DNA of 64,000 bases from Myxococcota bacterium (GTDB lineage Bacteria; Myxococcota_A; SURF-8), in contig OZ223209.1 of the NCBI GenBank assembly GCA_965140415.1, forward strand, positions 1,440,001-1,504,000, read 5' to 3'. The notes beneath the pieces are model-generated. The model ran no database searches and was not told the DNA's origin. It saw only the letters and a list, made by a program, of their open reading frames with translations. This document shows, one piece after another, positions 30,857 to 40,614 of the stretch. The position numbers and the translations under genes are program-made. The first letter of the stretch is position 1, and the number at the start of each line of letters is the position of its first letter.

Positions 30857-31816
30857 TCAGTCTTTAACGATGATCACACGGCCTTCGCTCAGAATCGGGC
30901 TGGCCTGCGCCAACGTGCGAACTTTTTCGGCGTCGGCATTGGAAATGACCAGATCCACGCTGTTGGGCGAACGCAGCGCAGTAACGACCAGCGGCTTGGC
31001 GGCGACTTTGTTGTCGGCCTTGGCGGCGTCGTTTTCCTTGAAATAGCTGGCGATGCCGTTGTCGATTTTGTCCGAACTCACCATGGTGACGTCGTAAACG
31101 TCCTTGCCGCTTTCATCCAGAATCTTGGGCGCCATCACCGGAATGACCTTAAAGCCCTTGGCCACCACTACCAGCCCGGTCACATCGCTTTTTACCACGG
31201 CTTTTTTCTCTGCCGGAGCGGCGGGAGCCGGGGCGGCAGGAGCCGCAGGAGCGGGTGTCGGGGCGGGAGCAGCCGGTTCCGGCTTGGCTTCTACCTTTGC
31301 AGGTTCTTGTTTTGCTTCGACTTTTGCCGGTTCTGCCGGTTTCGGTTCGGCTTTGGGAGCCGGGGCAGCCGGGGGAGCAAGCTGATCTTTCAAGATCGCC
31401 TGACTCAGTACGCCATCCAGCGGAATACGCAGATCGCGCTGCACGCCGCCGTCGGAGTAGTAGCGCGTTTCCTCTACGATGAAGCCCCGCACCACGCCTT
31501 CCACTTCGGCACGGATGCCGTCGTTGGCCTGCATTTTGTCACCGACCGTCTGCCCGGCGGTGATTTTAACGCCTTTCAGCGCTTCCAGGGCGTTGCGCAA
31601 GGCCGACAATTGAGCGGCTCGTTCCGCGCCCAGTCTGGCCGAAGCGGCGTTGGGGGCCTTCAGATTCGGTGCGCCGTCGCCTGTGAAGACCATTTCTTTT
31701 TTCGTCCAGTTGATCTGGGCGTTGCCTGAAGTCTCGGTTACATCCTCTGCAAATGCCACGTTTGCAAAGAACAGAACCATGAGCAGCAATGCGCCCCATT
31801 GTACGGGATATCTCAT
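30857..31816 (-). CDS. Secreted LPP20-like protein with Pro/Ala-rich linker
   Basis: Signal peptide, INW...TG.G.P...A.RAA...ALRN.LE, PAPKAEP repeats, C-terminal TGLVV.A.G...P.MAPKI domain. Confidence 0.7.
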   Translation of the reverse strand: MRYPVQWGALLLMVLFFANVAFAEDVTETSGNAQINWTKKEMVFTGDGAPNLKAPNAASARLGAERAAQLSALRNALEALKGVKITAGQTVGDKMQANDGIRAEVEGVVRGFIVEETRYYSDGGVQRDLRIPLDGVLSQAILKDQLAPPAAPAPKAEPKPAEPAKVEAKQEPAKVEAKPEPAAPAPTPAPAAPAAPAPAAPAEKKAVVKSDVTGLVVVAKGFKVIPVMAPKILDESGKDVYDVTMVSSDKIDNGIASYFKENDAAKADNKVAAKPLVVTALRSPNSVDLVISNADAEKVRTLAQASPILSEGRVIIVKD

Positions 31817-32432
31817 GGAATGCCTCCCTCCTCGTCAATCAAACCCGTTACTTTAAAAATCCTGGTTTTCGTCCCTAAAAACCGAAATATTTTAACCAGA
31901 TAGCTTGACGGTATCATTCAGTTGCGGGACTGTCAAGCGCTTTGTCCCATCCATATCTCGTCCGATTGTCATCCCCCCACCCCGATTATGGGGCTCTGCC
32001 ATTTTTCGCTATCGAAGCAACCCAGTGGCCGCCTCGTGAAGTGTCAGACCGGAGATCATTGGAAATATTCACTTAAAAAAGTGAGGAGGGAAAACATCCT
32101 GTTGTGAATTCATTACCCTGCCGGAATACCGATGCTGTCATAGCTCACCGGATGCGATTCCCTGCGGGTGCTTGGAAATTTTGATAAAATGAGATTAGAG
32201 AAAGACCATGATGTACGTCATCTGGAAATGTGTAGTAATAATAAACACATACAGCTAACCCGGTGTAAGCTGAAGCTTCCAAATTCGCACTGCCATTCCT
32301 TGACGGCTGTGCTAATATCATCGAATCGGCATTTACGGTGCTCATTGTTTACCATAACGAACGGATAGGTAGAGCAAGCTCCCGTTTTACCAAGTTATCC
32401 TGCTGATTTATTCATATTATCGGAGTCGATTC

Positions 32433-32720
32433 ATGATCGTAGCTACCATGAAAGTTCGCGTGCATCTGCACATGAGTCAGAGCCTGAAACAGAAACGTTC
32501 GGAGGTCAAGCGCATCCTGGCACGTATTAAAAACGCCGTACCGGTGGCCTATGCCGAGGTGGGCGAATTGGACAAATGGCAGGTGGCCGAGTTGGGTTTC
32601 GCCTGCGTTTCCAACGATGTCGCGGTTTGCGATCGGATGATGGACCGCGTAGAGGATGAAATCGAAGCCAAGTCCGACGCGGAGATCTTAGACGCCGAAC
32701 GGGAAATCCAGCATTTGTGA
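32433..32720 (+). CDS. DUF503 (YlxP-like) protein
   Basis: SLKQKR.V, AEV...DKWQ.A.LGFA.VS. Confidence 0.88.
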   Translation: MIVATMKVRVHLHMSQSLKQKRSEVKRILARIKNAVPVAYAEVGELDKWQVAELGFACVSNDVAVCDRMMDRVEDEIEAKSDAEILDAEREIQHL

Positions 32721-32786
32721 AAGAATGGGCACGGCAAATACCTATTCGGCGTGACAATAATTATGTACTGCCGCGCAATATTGAGA

Positions 32787-34808
32787 TCAGAAACCTAGTG
32801 CACTTCTGACTATAGTATGTCTTTCCGCTACATGCGGTTTTAGGGCATCGGCTGCAATGCTTACAGAGTTGTTGAAGTCACTTGAACTTCTGAGAAATGT
32901 GTATGGGCTTTTTTCTGGTTCCGAGCCAGTGACATAAGGTGTTATGAGTTCATGGTAAGCATCAATCATTGCATTGACCGAATTGATTTCAAACCCCGAT
33001 TCAAGAGCAGAAGCCAATTCCGACTGGTACCTGGTTCTGTATGTGGAGTCATCAAGTAAGTATCTTATCATTGGCCAATTATTACCGACCTCATCCAACA
33101 TGACTGATTCTGCAATATTGCTGCTCATACCACCAACCAACAGCGCTTCGTTTAAATCCCAGGGGAACCAGGTGATTTTTCCGTCATTACTAGGATCTGC
33201 GTAAATGTAATAGTTGTGAGTCATAATGCCGTAGCTATCCCAGTTCACCATTGCCTGGTTGTAGGCAAGGCATTTCAAGAAACCATTGACATCAAATACA
33301 GCTTCAAGACCAGCTCGCCATTGCTCACCATTGGTGGTTGTATGCAAAGCGCTAAAGATTGAAATCACATCACTCCAGTCGGAGTCGTCTTCATTGGTCT
33401 TCTTCTCAAAACTGTCTTGATCAAATGTTACGAAGGATGCGCCTGTCCCGTCAGGCTTGTAAAGATTGCCGCTGCCATCTTCAAACTGCTGATCCAGCAT
33501 TTCATCGGAAGGATCTTCAATCATTGTGTAAAGCCCGAAATAGGTTGCACCGTCACCAAAATCAACATAGATCCTCACAAATGCACCACGCGCAGCAGGC
33601 ACCCCTCCTGCCCTAAAGATATCGGCAGCAAGCTTGTCACGAATTAGGCTCATGTCTTTGTAGCCATTGGAGAAGGTCATTTTCTTAAAACCGAAAAACC
33701 TTTGGTTGGCGTATGCCGGATGGTCATCTTCGAATTTATCGAAATTCAACCTGAAGGAAAGTTTCTTTACACCAGATTGGTACGCACTTCTCAAAGAGGA
33801 GTTGCCTTTGTATCTCATTCCAACATATTCCCAGGTAGCATTGTTATATTTTACTGTTGCCGGAACCCACATGGGTTCGGCATCGCTATCCGGAGGAACA
33901 TCAGGCGGTGCGTTTACACTTGTATTGTCACTGCTTGCAGGGACAGGGAAGGGATGTGAATTTCCATAAAGATCTTCAAGATCATCCATGGTATCTTGAT
34001 AGTCGGAAGAATCTATTATTATGTCAATGCGATGTACAACGGTATTGTCAAAGAGTTGGTCGTAGTCTGGATCTACACCATTGCAATGACTGAGTTTTCC
34101 CCAATTTTCAGGGCGAACGGTATTCTCATCGTCATCATCGCATAACCCGGAACTAGGAATGTTGCCGGAATTATCAATGTTCTCAGCTTTCTTGGTTGGC
34201 GTATAAAGAGTTTTAAAAACTCCCAGCCCGTTTGGGATTCTACCCCAACTTGTGTTTTCCGGTGCTTCTCCATCATTCCATGATGTTTCGTCAACAAGCT
34301 CTTCTTCACTATTATACAATCGCACGGAATCGGCGCTTCCAAGTCCAAATGTAAAACCGGATTCGCCTAATTCATCCTTCTCAACGACAAGATATCCCCC
34401 ACTTGCAATCATGGTTCCAGCAGGAAACACCATTATGCTATCGTCGTTCTCATCTTTGATGATAAAACCGCCGATGTCGAGTGCATCGCCTCTGTTGAAC
34501 AACTCTATCCAATCCGGTAACGTTTCGTCATTGTCATCTGTGCTTTTAGCCACTACTTCGTTGATAACCAGAAATGACTCTGCGATTTCTGTATCCACGT
34601 CTCCATCGACCAATGGAATGTCTCCATCCGACAAGGAGGTATCTACATCTGATTCTGGAACATACCTATCTGATTCAAAGTCATCTCCGTCCAGCATGGC
34701 TGTTTCACCATCGGAATATCCATCGGAGACCGTGGTTTCAGAACAACCTGACAGAATAAATAAGGCTGCTAGGATAAGAATGAATGGGATTGATTTTAAC
34801 CAGAGCAT
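32787..34808 (-). CDS. Lipoprotein with lamin-tail domain and CotH-kinase domain
   Basis: LSG-C lipobox, VINEV...DWIELFN LTD, GMRYKGNSS, NWDSY...HNYY...PWDLN CotH motifs; AAGGAG RBS before ATG 34808. Confidence 0.88.
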   Translation of the reverse strand: MLWLKSIPFILILAALFILSGCSETTVSDGYSDGETAMLDGDDFESDRYVPESDVDTSLSDGDIPLVDGDVDTEIAESFLVINEVVAKSTDDNDETLPDWIELFNRGDALDIGGFIIKDENDDSIMVFPAGTMIASGGYLVVEKDELGESGFTFGLGSADSVRLYNSEEELVDETSWNDGEAPENTSWGRIPNGLGVFKTLYTPTKKAENIDNSGNIPSSGLCDDDDENTVRPENWGKLSHCNGVDPDYDQLFDNTVVHRIDIIIDSSDYQDTMDDLEDLYGNSHPFPVPASSDNTSVNAPPDVPPDSDAEPMWVPATVKYNNATWEYVGMRYKGNSSLRSAYQSGVKKLSFRLNFDKFEDDHPAYANQRFFGFKKMTFSNGYKDMSLIRDKLAADIFRAGGVPAARGAFVRIYVDFGDGATYFGLYTMIEDPSDEMLDQQFEDGSGNLYKPDGTGASFVTFDQDSFEKKTNEDDSDWSDVISIFSALHTTTNGEQWRAGLEAVFDVNGFLKCLAYNQAMVNWDSYGIMTHNYYIYADPSNDGKITWFPWDLNEALLVGGMSSNIAESVMLDEVGNNWPMIRYLLDDSTYRTRYQSELASALESGFEINSVNAMIDAYHELITPYVTGSEPEKSPYTFLRSSSDFNNSVSIAADALKPHVAERHTIVRSALGF

Positions 34809-35020
34809 GAGAGGTCTCCTTGGCATTATACGAATAGTCAATAATTCAAGCTTTGATTAGCAAAGCTTCTTAACGTAAATTTAACTGAAGAATGTAAAGA
34901 AAATATTTTAGAAAAGCGCAAAATTGTAAAGCAATTGTAAAGATGAATAAGGATTGGGGATGTTATCAAGTATGTTGAATAGGCAAGTACTAATTCGTTA
35001 TTTCAAGGCTATCCAGAGTA

Positions 35021-37345
35021 TCATAACCTCCCCGCCCCACCCGTTACCAGCGGTGTCAAATCCAGCGTAAAAAAGACATCCGGTGCGCGCTGGCCTTGTC
35101 GATGCAGCAGGGAGACTTCCGCGCTCCAGCAGCGGCAGGGCGAGTCGTAGCGAAAGACCATGGCCTGCTCGATCAAGCGTCTGGGCGTGAGTCCCAGTTC
35201 CAGCGCATAGCGTAAGCTCCAGGTATCATGCAGCACAACGGATGGTTGCAGGCTCAACTGATGACGGCTGATGTCGTCCTTGTCCAGTGGCATATACAGC
35301 CAGTTTCCGCGCGGCACTCCGGGGGAGAGATAGCGATACTGCGCAGCCAGGCGAATCCCCTGAAACGGTCCCACTTGCAGGCGGCTGGACGCCGAACCCA
35401 GTTCGCCATCCTGCCAGCGAACGCCTAACTCGCTGCGCCAGTCCAGCCGATCCAGCATAAGGTTCAGGTGCATCAGGCCATCGTCCCAGCGCGAGTCGTA
35501 GAGCCTGCGACTAGCCGCATCGAGAAAGAGGCGTTGCCCTAAACCGAATTCCAGAAAGCGCCGGATCTTTCCGCTCGAGCCATCCCGCAAGGCAAAGCGT
35601 TGCAGTAGCTGCGCCTGCACCCAGTGCGGGGCGCGGCTGTCGTCGATGGGCCGCAGCAGGTTGAGCGCGGAGGCGGTGCGGGCGTCGTCGCCGTAGATGT
35701 AAGGCAGATAGTGATAGGTTATCACCGGTTGCAATTCGTGCTTGAGCCGGGAACCGTCGCCCAGCGTAAACACCCGATACAGGCGGCTTTGCAGGGTTGC
35801 GTCCAAATACACATGACCTTCCGAAATAGCAGAAGAATCGACATCGATCGGAACGTACACGCGGCTGCGCAGGCCGAGTGTCGGTGTGAAGGTGGCGATC
35901 TTTCCCAAACGCAGCGGCGCCTGCAACGACGGAGCCGCGTACAGCCGCACGGCGCGTGCCAACGGTTCTCCGAAATCGTAGTGATGATTGCCTTCCTCAT
36001 AATCGATAGTCGATGCGACGCCCGCTTCTGCATCGTTGAACACGCCATCCGAGCCGCTGTCGTCGTATGCGCCGGATAGGCGATAGAGTAGATCGCCACG
36101 CAGATCAAGCGACACCAGCAGGCGTCCATTGAACAGCGGATAGGCAGGCAGGGCGAAACGGGCGGCGGGCAACTGCCAGAGTTGCTCGTTGGCACTGCGC
36201 GTCAACAGGCTGCCGTCTACCTCTTTGGGAGAGAATAGCGCCTGTCCGAGTTGCAGCCGTGCACCGATGAACAGATCGGGCAACTCGGAATGAAGCTGAA
36301 GCTGACTGACGGCGAAATCAGGCGTACGTTGACGCCAGTCGCGCTCGAAATCGGAACGATAGAAGCTGTCCGAGTACAGCTCGATCTGCGCCTTTTGCCG
36401 CAGGCCGGAAATGGGCCGCCAGTCTTGATCGGCGCGGAGGTGCGCCCGGTGACGGATGCGCTCTTTACTTCCGCCCTTGACATCGTAAAGATACCCGGCC
36501 TGAAATTCGCCTTTACCCTTTGCATTGGCGTAGCGATACTCCAATTGGGGGCGCAGGCCGCGCTCGGTAATGCCGTCCAGCCCCAGTGTCAGATCCCGTT
36601 GCGCATCGATGGCCCAATACATTTCTTCCTGCGCACGAAAACCTAGCCGGTCCGTGTAGCTGAAACTGGGAGCCAATAAACCCGTTTTACGGCGGGCCAG
36701 CGGCACACGCGCATAGGGCAGGGCGAACACGGGCGTATCCCGAATCAAAAAGACCGGCGCGTGCAGGATGGCTTCGTCGTTTGGATGAACCTCGGCACTG
36801 GCGCAACGGGCCGACCAGCTCGGAGGTTCGTCGGAGCCGCAATCGCAGGGCGTAAAGAGCGTATCCTGAAGCCGCCACAGGCCGGAGGCTTCCCGCTCGA
36901 TACGCGCGCCGGATAACAACAGGCTGCGCTGGCCGGGGCGACGTTCATTGACTGCGGGACGTGCTTCGCGCCAGATTTCTACCTTGGCCTGCAACACGAT
37001 CAGGGCGGCATCATCGAGCGACAACTCGATCTCTTCGGCCTGCAATGTGCGTTCGCCATCGAGAAGTGTGACGTGACCGGTCGCGTACAGGCGGCGACTC
37101 TGCAAATCAAAGCGAACGCGATCTGCCTGCAAGTGTAAACGATCCAGCGACAGGCGCACCTCGCCACTGGCCGTCAAGTTCTGCTCGGATTGGGAGAAGG
37201 TTGCTTTCTTGGCGCTCAAGGAAAGTTGATCACCCGTTGCAGGCAGTTCCAGCGATGCTTGTGCGAAACCCGCAAAAGAATTGAACACACACACGCCGCA
37301 CAGCAGAATACAGCATAAAAGTCGATATGAAAGGATGCGCCGCAC
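35021..37345 (-). CDS. lptD: LPS-assembly protein LptD-like
   Basis: N-terminal OstA-like jellyroll, FTPC.C...P.W, PVFALPY...RKTGLL.P, C-terminal Y.SPC.CW; GTG start directly after the upstream gene. Confidence 0.85.
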   Translation of the reverse strand: MRRILSYRLLCCILLCGVCVFNSFAGFAQASLELPATGDQLSLSAKKATFSQSEQNLTASGEVRLSLDRLHLQADRVRFDLQSRRLYATGHVTLLDGERTLQAEEIELSLDDAALIVLQAKVEIWREARPAVNERRPGQRSLLLSGARIEREASGLWRLQDTLFTPCDCGSDEPPSWSARCASAEVHPNDEAILHAPVFLIRDTPVFALPYARVPLARRKTGLLAPSFSYTDRLGFRAQEEMYWAIDAQRDLTLGLDGITERGLRPQLEYRYANAKGKGEFQAGYLYDVKGGSKERIRHRAHLRADQDWRPISGLRQKAQIELYSDSFYRSDFERDWRQRTPDFAVSQLQLHSELPDLFIGARLQLGQALFSPKEVDGSLLTRSANEQLWQLPAARFALPAYPLFNGRLLVSLDLRGDLLYRLSGAYDDSGSDGVFNDAEAGVASTIDYEEGNHHYDFGEPLARAVRLYAAPSLQAPLRLGKIATFTPTLGLRSRVYVPIDVDSSAISEGHVYLDATLQSRLYRVFTLGDGSRLKHELQPVITYHYLPYIYGDDARTASALNLLRPIDDSRAPHWVQAQLLQRFALRDGSSGKIRRFLEFGLGQRLFLDAASRRLYDSRWDDGLMHLNLMLDRLDWRSELGVRWQDGELGSASSRLQVGPFQGIRLAAQYRYLSPGVPRGNWLYMPLDKDDISRHQLSLQPSVVLHDTWSLRYALELGLTPRRLIEQAMVFRYDSPCRCWSAEVSLLHRQGQRAPDVFFTLDLTPLVTGGAGRL

Positions 37346-37346
37346 G

Positions 37347-37859
37347 CTACTCGTTGATCTGATGGCTTTGGGCCAGCATGCGGTAATGATAGGCCGTGGC
37401 CGAAAGCGTGGCGATTTCATCCGATGAGAGTGGCCGTTTGAGTTTGGCCGGGCTGCCGACAATCAGCGATCCCGGCGGGAACTCGCTGCGCTCCAGGACC
37501 AGCGCTCCGGCTCCCACGATGCAGTCTTCGCCGATGACCGAGCCGTCCATGACGATGGCCCCCATGCCGATCAGGCAGCGATCTCCGATGGTGCAGCCGT
37601 GGATCAGCGCCCGGTGTCCGATCGTGACTTCCCGCCCGATGGTGGTCGAATACTTGGCCGTGGTGCAATGCACCATGGAAAGATCCTGGATATTGCTGTT
37701 GGTTCCGATGCGGATCTTGTTCACGTCGCCGCGAATCACGCTGTTGTACCAGACCGAGCAGCCTTCCTCCAGCACCGTGTCTCCGATGACCACTGCGCCC
37801 GGTAGAATGCGTACGTCCTTACCCAAAGTCGGGGTGATGCCGTGATGTTCCAGAATCAT
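37347..37859 (-). CDS. Gamma carbonic anhydrase family protein
   Basis: VIGD, SVWY..VIRGDVN, NIQD..VH, TIGH...HGC hexapeptide repeats. Confidence 0.93.
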   Translation of the reverse strand: MILEHHGITPTLGKDVRILPGAVVIGDTVLEEGCSVWYNSVIRGDVNKIRIGTNSNIQDLSMVHCTTAKYSTTIGREVTIGHRALIHGCTIGDRCLIGMGAIVMDGSVIGEDCIVGAGALVLERSEFPPGSLIVGSPAKLKRPLSSDEIATLSATAYHYRMLAQSHQINE

Positions 37860-38524
37860 GTGTTTTCTCCGATTCGCCGTTGCAGCTCAATCAGCCAGGA
37901 GTCGGTTACGCGAAGCAGCGTGTCGAGCACGAGATCCGCGCCGGATAAGTCCATTCCGGTGGTATTGGCTGCTTCCACGGCGATTGTCAGCATACCGGCA
38001 GCCTTGGCGGAAGCAATGCCCATTTCCGAATCTTCGAACACCACGCAACTCCGTGGTGCAACATGCAACCTTCTTGCGGCTTCCAGGTAGGGACCGGGCG
38101 TCGGCTTGCCGGGTTGCACGTCTTCATTGGAGACGATGAAGCGAATGTCGTTTTGGATGCCTAAAGCCTGCATCGTCGCTTCGATTTCCCGTCGATAACT
38201 ACCCGATACTACCGCCACCGGGGCGTACTGGGTACAACGGCGCAGTGCCTGCACGGCCCCCGGCAATGCCTCCAGTTTATCCTGTAAAATTAATTCCTTG
38301 GCGGTAAGTACCTGCTCCTTGAAGGTTTCCGTATTCACCGGAAGTTGGTAATCGTTCACGCTGTTTTTGAAGATGGTGTCCCAGGGCAATCCGACAACTG
38401 CCTCTTCATCTTCTTTCGAAAACGAACGGCCATAGCTTTCCACAGCCTGGCGCACGGCCAGTCCCGCTGCCCATTCGGTGTTCACCAGAGTGTTGTCCAT
38501 GTCGAAAAAAAACGCTGCGATCAT
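37856..38524 (-). CDS. HAD-family phosphatase
   Basis: FDMDNTLVNTE, GKP.P..Y, VFEDS..G. Confidence 0.9.
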   Translation of the reverse strand: MIAAFFFDMDNTLVNTEWAAGLAVRQAVESYGRSFSKEDEEAVVGLPWDTIFKNSVNDYQLPVNTETFKEQVLTAKELILQDKLEALPGAVQALRRCTQYAPVAVVSGSYRREIEATMQALGIQNDIRFIVSNEDVQPGKPTPGPYLEAARRLHVAPRSCVVFEDSEMGIASAKAAGMLTIAVEAANTTGMDLSGADLVLDTLLRVTDSWLIELQRRIGENT

Positions 38525-38688
38525 CTGCTGCTTCCTATTGGATCTGAATTCGTGGCCAGATTATAACGGGGCAGCGGCGCAGGTCAAGCCGAGAGATGAG
38601 CTTTGTGGGGGATTCTTTGCGTACCAATTCTATCTGCCGGCAGGCGTGATGGCTTTTACTGGAATGATGAAAAGTGGAGGATGTGTTG

Positions 38689-38860
38689 TTTTCCCTTCCC
38701 CGACGGAGCCGCTTCGCGTCATGAGGCTTGAAAACCGGGGCGCATCAGGGAGACAGTCAAGGCCGGAGCGTAGCGACGTTTATATAGCCTTGACGGTCGC
38801 CCGCGCCACGGTACAAGCCGCCGGATGACGAGGAGCGAGTGAACGAAGGCGAAGGGAAAA
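38689..38860. repeat. About 170 bp imperfect palindrome (MITE/REPIN-like or structured RNA)
   Basis: Nested pairs TTTTCCCTTC/GAAGGGAAAA, CGTCAT/ATGACG, GGCTTG/CAAGCC, GTCAAGGC/GCCTTGAC. Confidence 0.7.
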
Positions 38861-38987
38861 TCCCTTCCTTGATGGTGGGCTTTGTAGAGGGCAGGTTAGA
38901 TAAGGATAGGAGATTCCTGAATAAAGGCTTGATCCAAAAGGAACCGTTTCGTATAGTGAAGCAGATCGTTCACGATAGGAGATCAAC

Positions 38988-39812
38988 ATGGATGAAAGAA
39001 ATCCGGTCATTCGAGTGGAAAAGAAGGGCGCAATCGCCCATGCCATTTTGTGTAATCCGAAAAAGCTGAATGCAATGGGCGCAGGGTTCCAGGAGGATTT
39101 AAGCGCTGCTTTCGAACAAATCGATCTGGATGATGATATCAGAGTGGTGGTGTTGAGCGGAGAAGGACGTTCCTTCTGTGCCGGTCTGGATCTGGCGGCG
39201 TTTGCAACCAGTGAACCCGTCATGATGATGATTCCTCCGCCTACTTACACCAAGCCGATCGTTTTGCAGGTGATTCGTCGCTTCCAGGCGGCCATCAACA
39301 GCGTGGAAAAGTGCCGTAAACCTGTAATCGCTGCAATTCAAGGTCATTGCATCGGAGGCGGTTTGGATCTGGCGGCAGCTTGCGATATTCGGTTGGCCAG
39401 CGCCGATGCCGTTTTCTCCCTGCGCGAAACACGCGTGGCTATTATGGCGGATCTGGGTAGTTTGCAGCGCCTGCCTCATATCATCGGCGAAGGTCACACG
39501 CGGCAACTGGCATATACGGCGGAGGATATCGACGCCGAGCGCGCGCTGAAAATCAACCTGGTCAATGAGGTGCTGGAAAACCCGGATGCGCTGTTGCAGC
39601 GAGCGATGGAAATGGCCGAAACCATTGCCAAGAATGCACCATTATCGGTACAGGCCAGTAAAGAAGTGCTGAACTGGGGCCGGGGACGCAATATCGATGA
39701 AACCCTGGAATATGTCGCGGCGCGCAATGCGGCGCTGTTGCCGTCGGAAGATCTGGTAGAGGCACTGTCCAGTTTCATGGAGCGACGCGATCCGAATTTC
39801 AAGGGACGCTGA
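38988..39812 (+). CDS. Enoyl-CoA hydratase/crotonase family protein
   Basis: FCAGLDL, KPVIAAIQGHCIGGG, ADLGSLQRL. Confidence 0.93.
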   Translation: MDERNPVIRVEKKGAIAHAILCNPKKLNAMGAGFQEDLSAAFEQIDLDDDIRVVVLSGEGRSFCAGLDLAAFATSEPVMMMIPPPTYTKPIVLQVIRRFQAAINSVEKCRKPVIAAIQGHCIGGGLDLAAACDIRLASADAVFSLRETRVAIMADLGSLQRLPHIIGEGHTRQLAYTAEDIDAERALKINLVNEVLENPDALLQRAMEMAETIAKNAPLSVQASKEVLNWGRGRNIDETLEYVAARNAALLPSEDLVEALSSFMERRDPNFKGR

Positions 39813-39894
39813 TTCCATATGTGGAATGGGTTGAAATCCTAAGAAATTCTTGATAAACTTCGGTAACTAATCTATATACGAAGCGAGGATAGGC

Positions 39895-40266
39895 ATGGCT
39901 GATCAACCCGATTCGATCTCATCGCAGAGGCGCGGAAGTGAACGGCTGCCGATGCACATGCGTGTCAGCCTGAAAAGCGGCCAGATGGAAGGTGAAGTCT
40001 GGTTCAATACGCGGGATATTTCAGAGGGCGGCGTTTATCTTCTTTCGAATTTTCTGCTGGAAAAGGGAGATCCGGTAACCTTATGGTTCGATACTCCCAA
40101 ACAAACACGTGCAGCAGAAGTGGAAGGAAAGGTGGCTTGGGTAAATCTGGGTTTCGATGAAGCCTCGGAGAAAATACCTGCCGGAATGGGCATTGCGTTC
40201 GAAACGTTGTCCGATCAGGCTGTTAAAGTGATTCGACAGATACTTTTACAATCGACACAAGGATAG
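39895..40266 (+). CDS. PilZ-domain protein (TIGR02266-like)
   Basis: RxxxR (RGSER) and DxSxxG (DISEGG) c-di-GMP motifs; GMGI.F. Confidence 0.85.
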   Translation: MADQPDSISSQRRGSERLPMHMRVSLKSGQMEGEVWFNTRDISEGGVYLLSNFLLEKGDPVTLWFDTPKQTRAAEVEGKVAWVNLGFDEASEKIPAGMGIAFETLSDQAVKVIRQILLQSTQG

Positions 40267-40269
40267 AGA

Positions 40270-40560
40270 ATGTCGGAAACCATTGAAGGAATTACGATTC
40301 AGTACGAGGAAAACGGCGAAGTTCTGACCAAGGAATTGGACAAAGAGATCCTGACGAAGGGCAGCTGGACTACCATCCTGTTCAAATATTCCGAGTTGAA
40401 CCGCAAAACGGGCGAATTCTCGGCCCCTAAAGCATCCATTCGCCGGTACAAAAAGTACAATGGACGCTACCAGCTTCAGAGCAAGTTTAACATCTCAGGA
40501 AACAAGCAGGCGCATCAGGTTGCAGAAATCCTCGAACGCTGGTTTGAAAGCGAAGAATAG
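40270..40560 (+). CDS. Conserved hypothetical protein
   Basis: Coding-like 96 aa ORF 3 nt after the PilZ gene; motifs KELDKEIL.KG.W and IRRY.K...SKFNIS. Confidence 0.75.
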   Translation: MSETIEGITIQYEENGEVLTKELDKEILTKGSWTTILFKYSELNRKTGEFSAPKASIRRYKKYNGRYQLQSKFNISGNKQAHQVAEILERWFESEE

Positions 40561-40614
40561 AGCGACGCAGTAAGCTGCAATTGGATCGACTCCAGTGCAG
40601 CTTATGATGAGCGC

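Noticed and set aside
31817-32432. Short ORFs in a 600-bp divergent intergenic region
   Set aside because: No RBS, motif or coding-like composition; no convincing RNA structure seen
37346-37462. LptD N-terminal extension overlapping the gamma-CA gene
   Set aside because: A signal-peptide-like sequence begins at GTG 37345, right after the upstream stop
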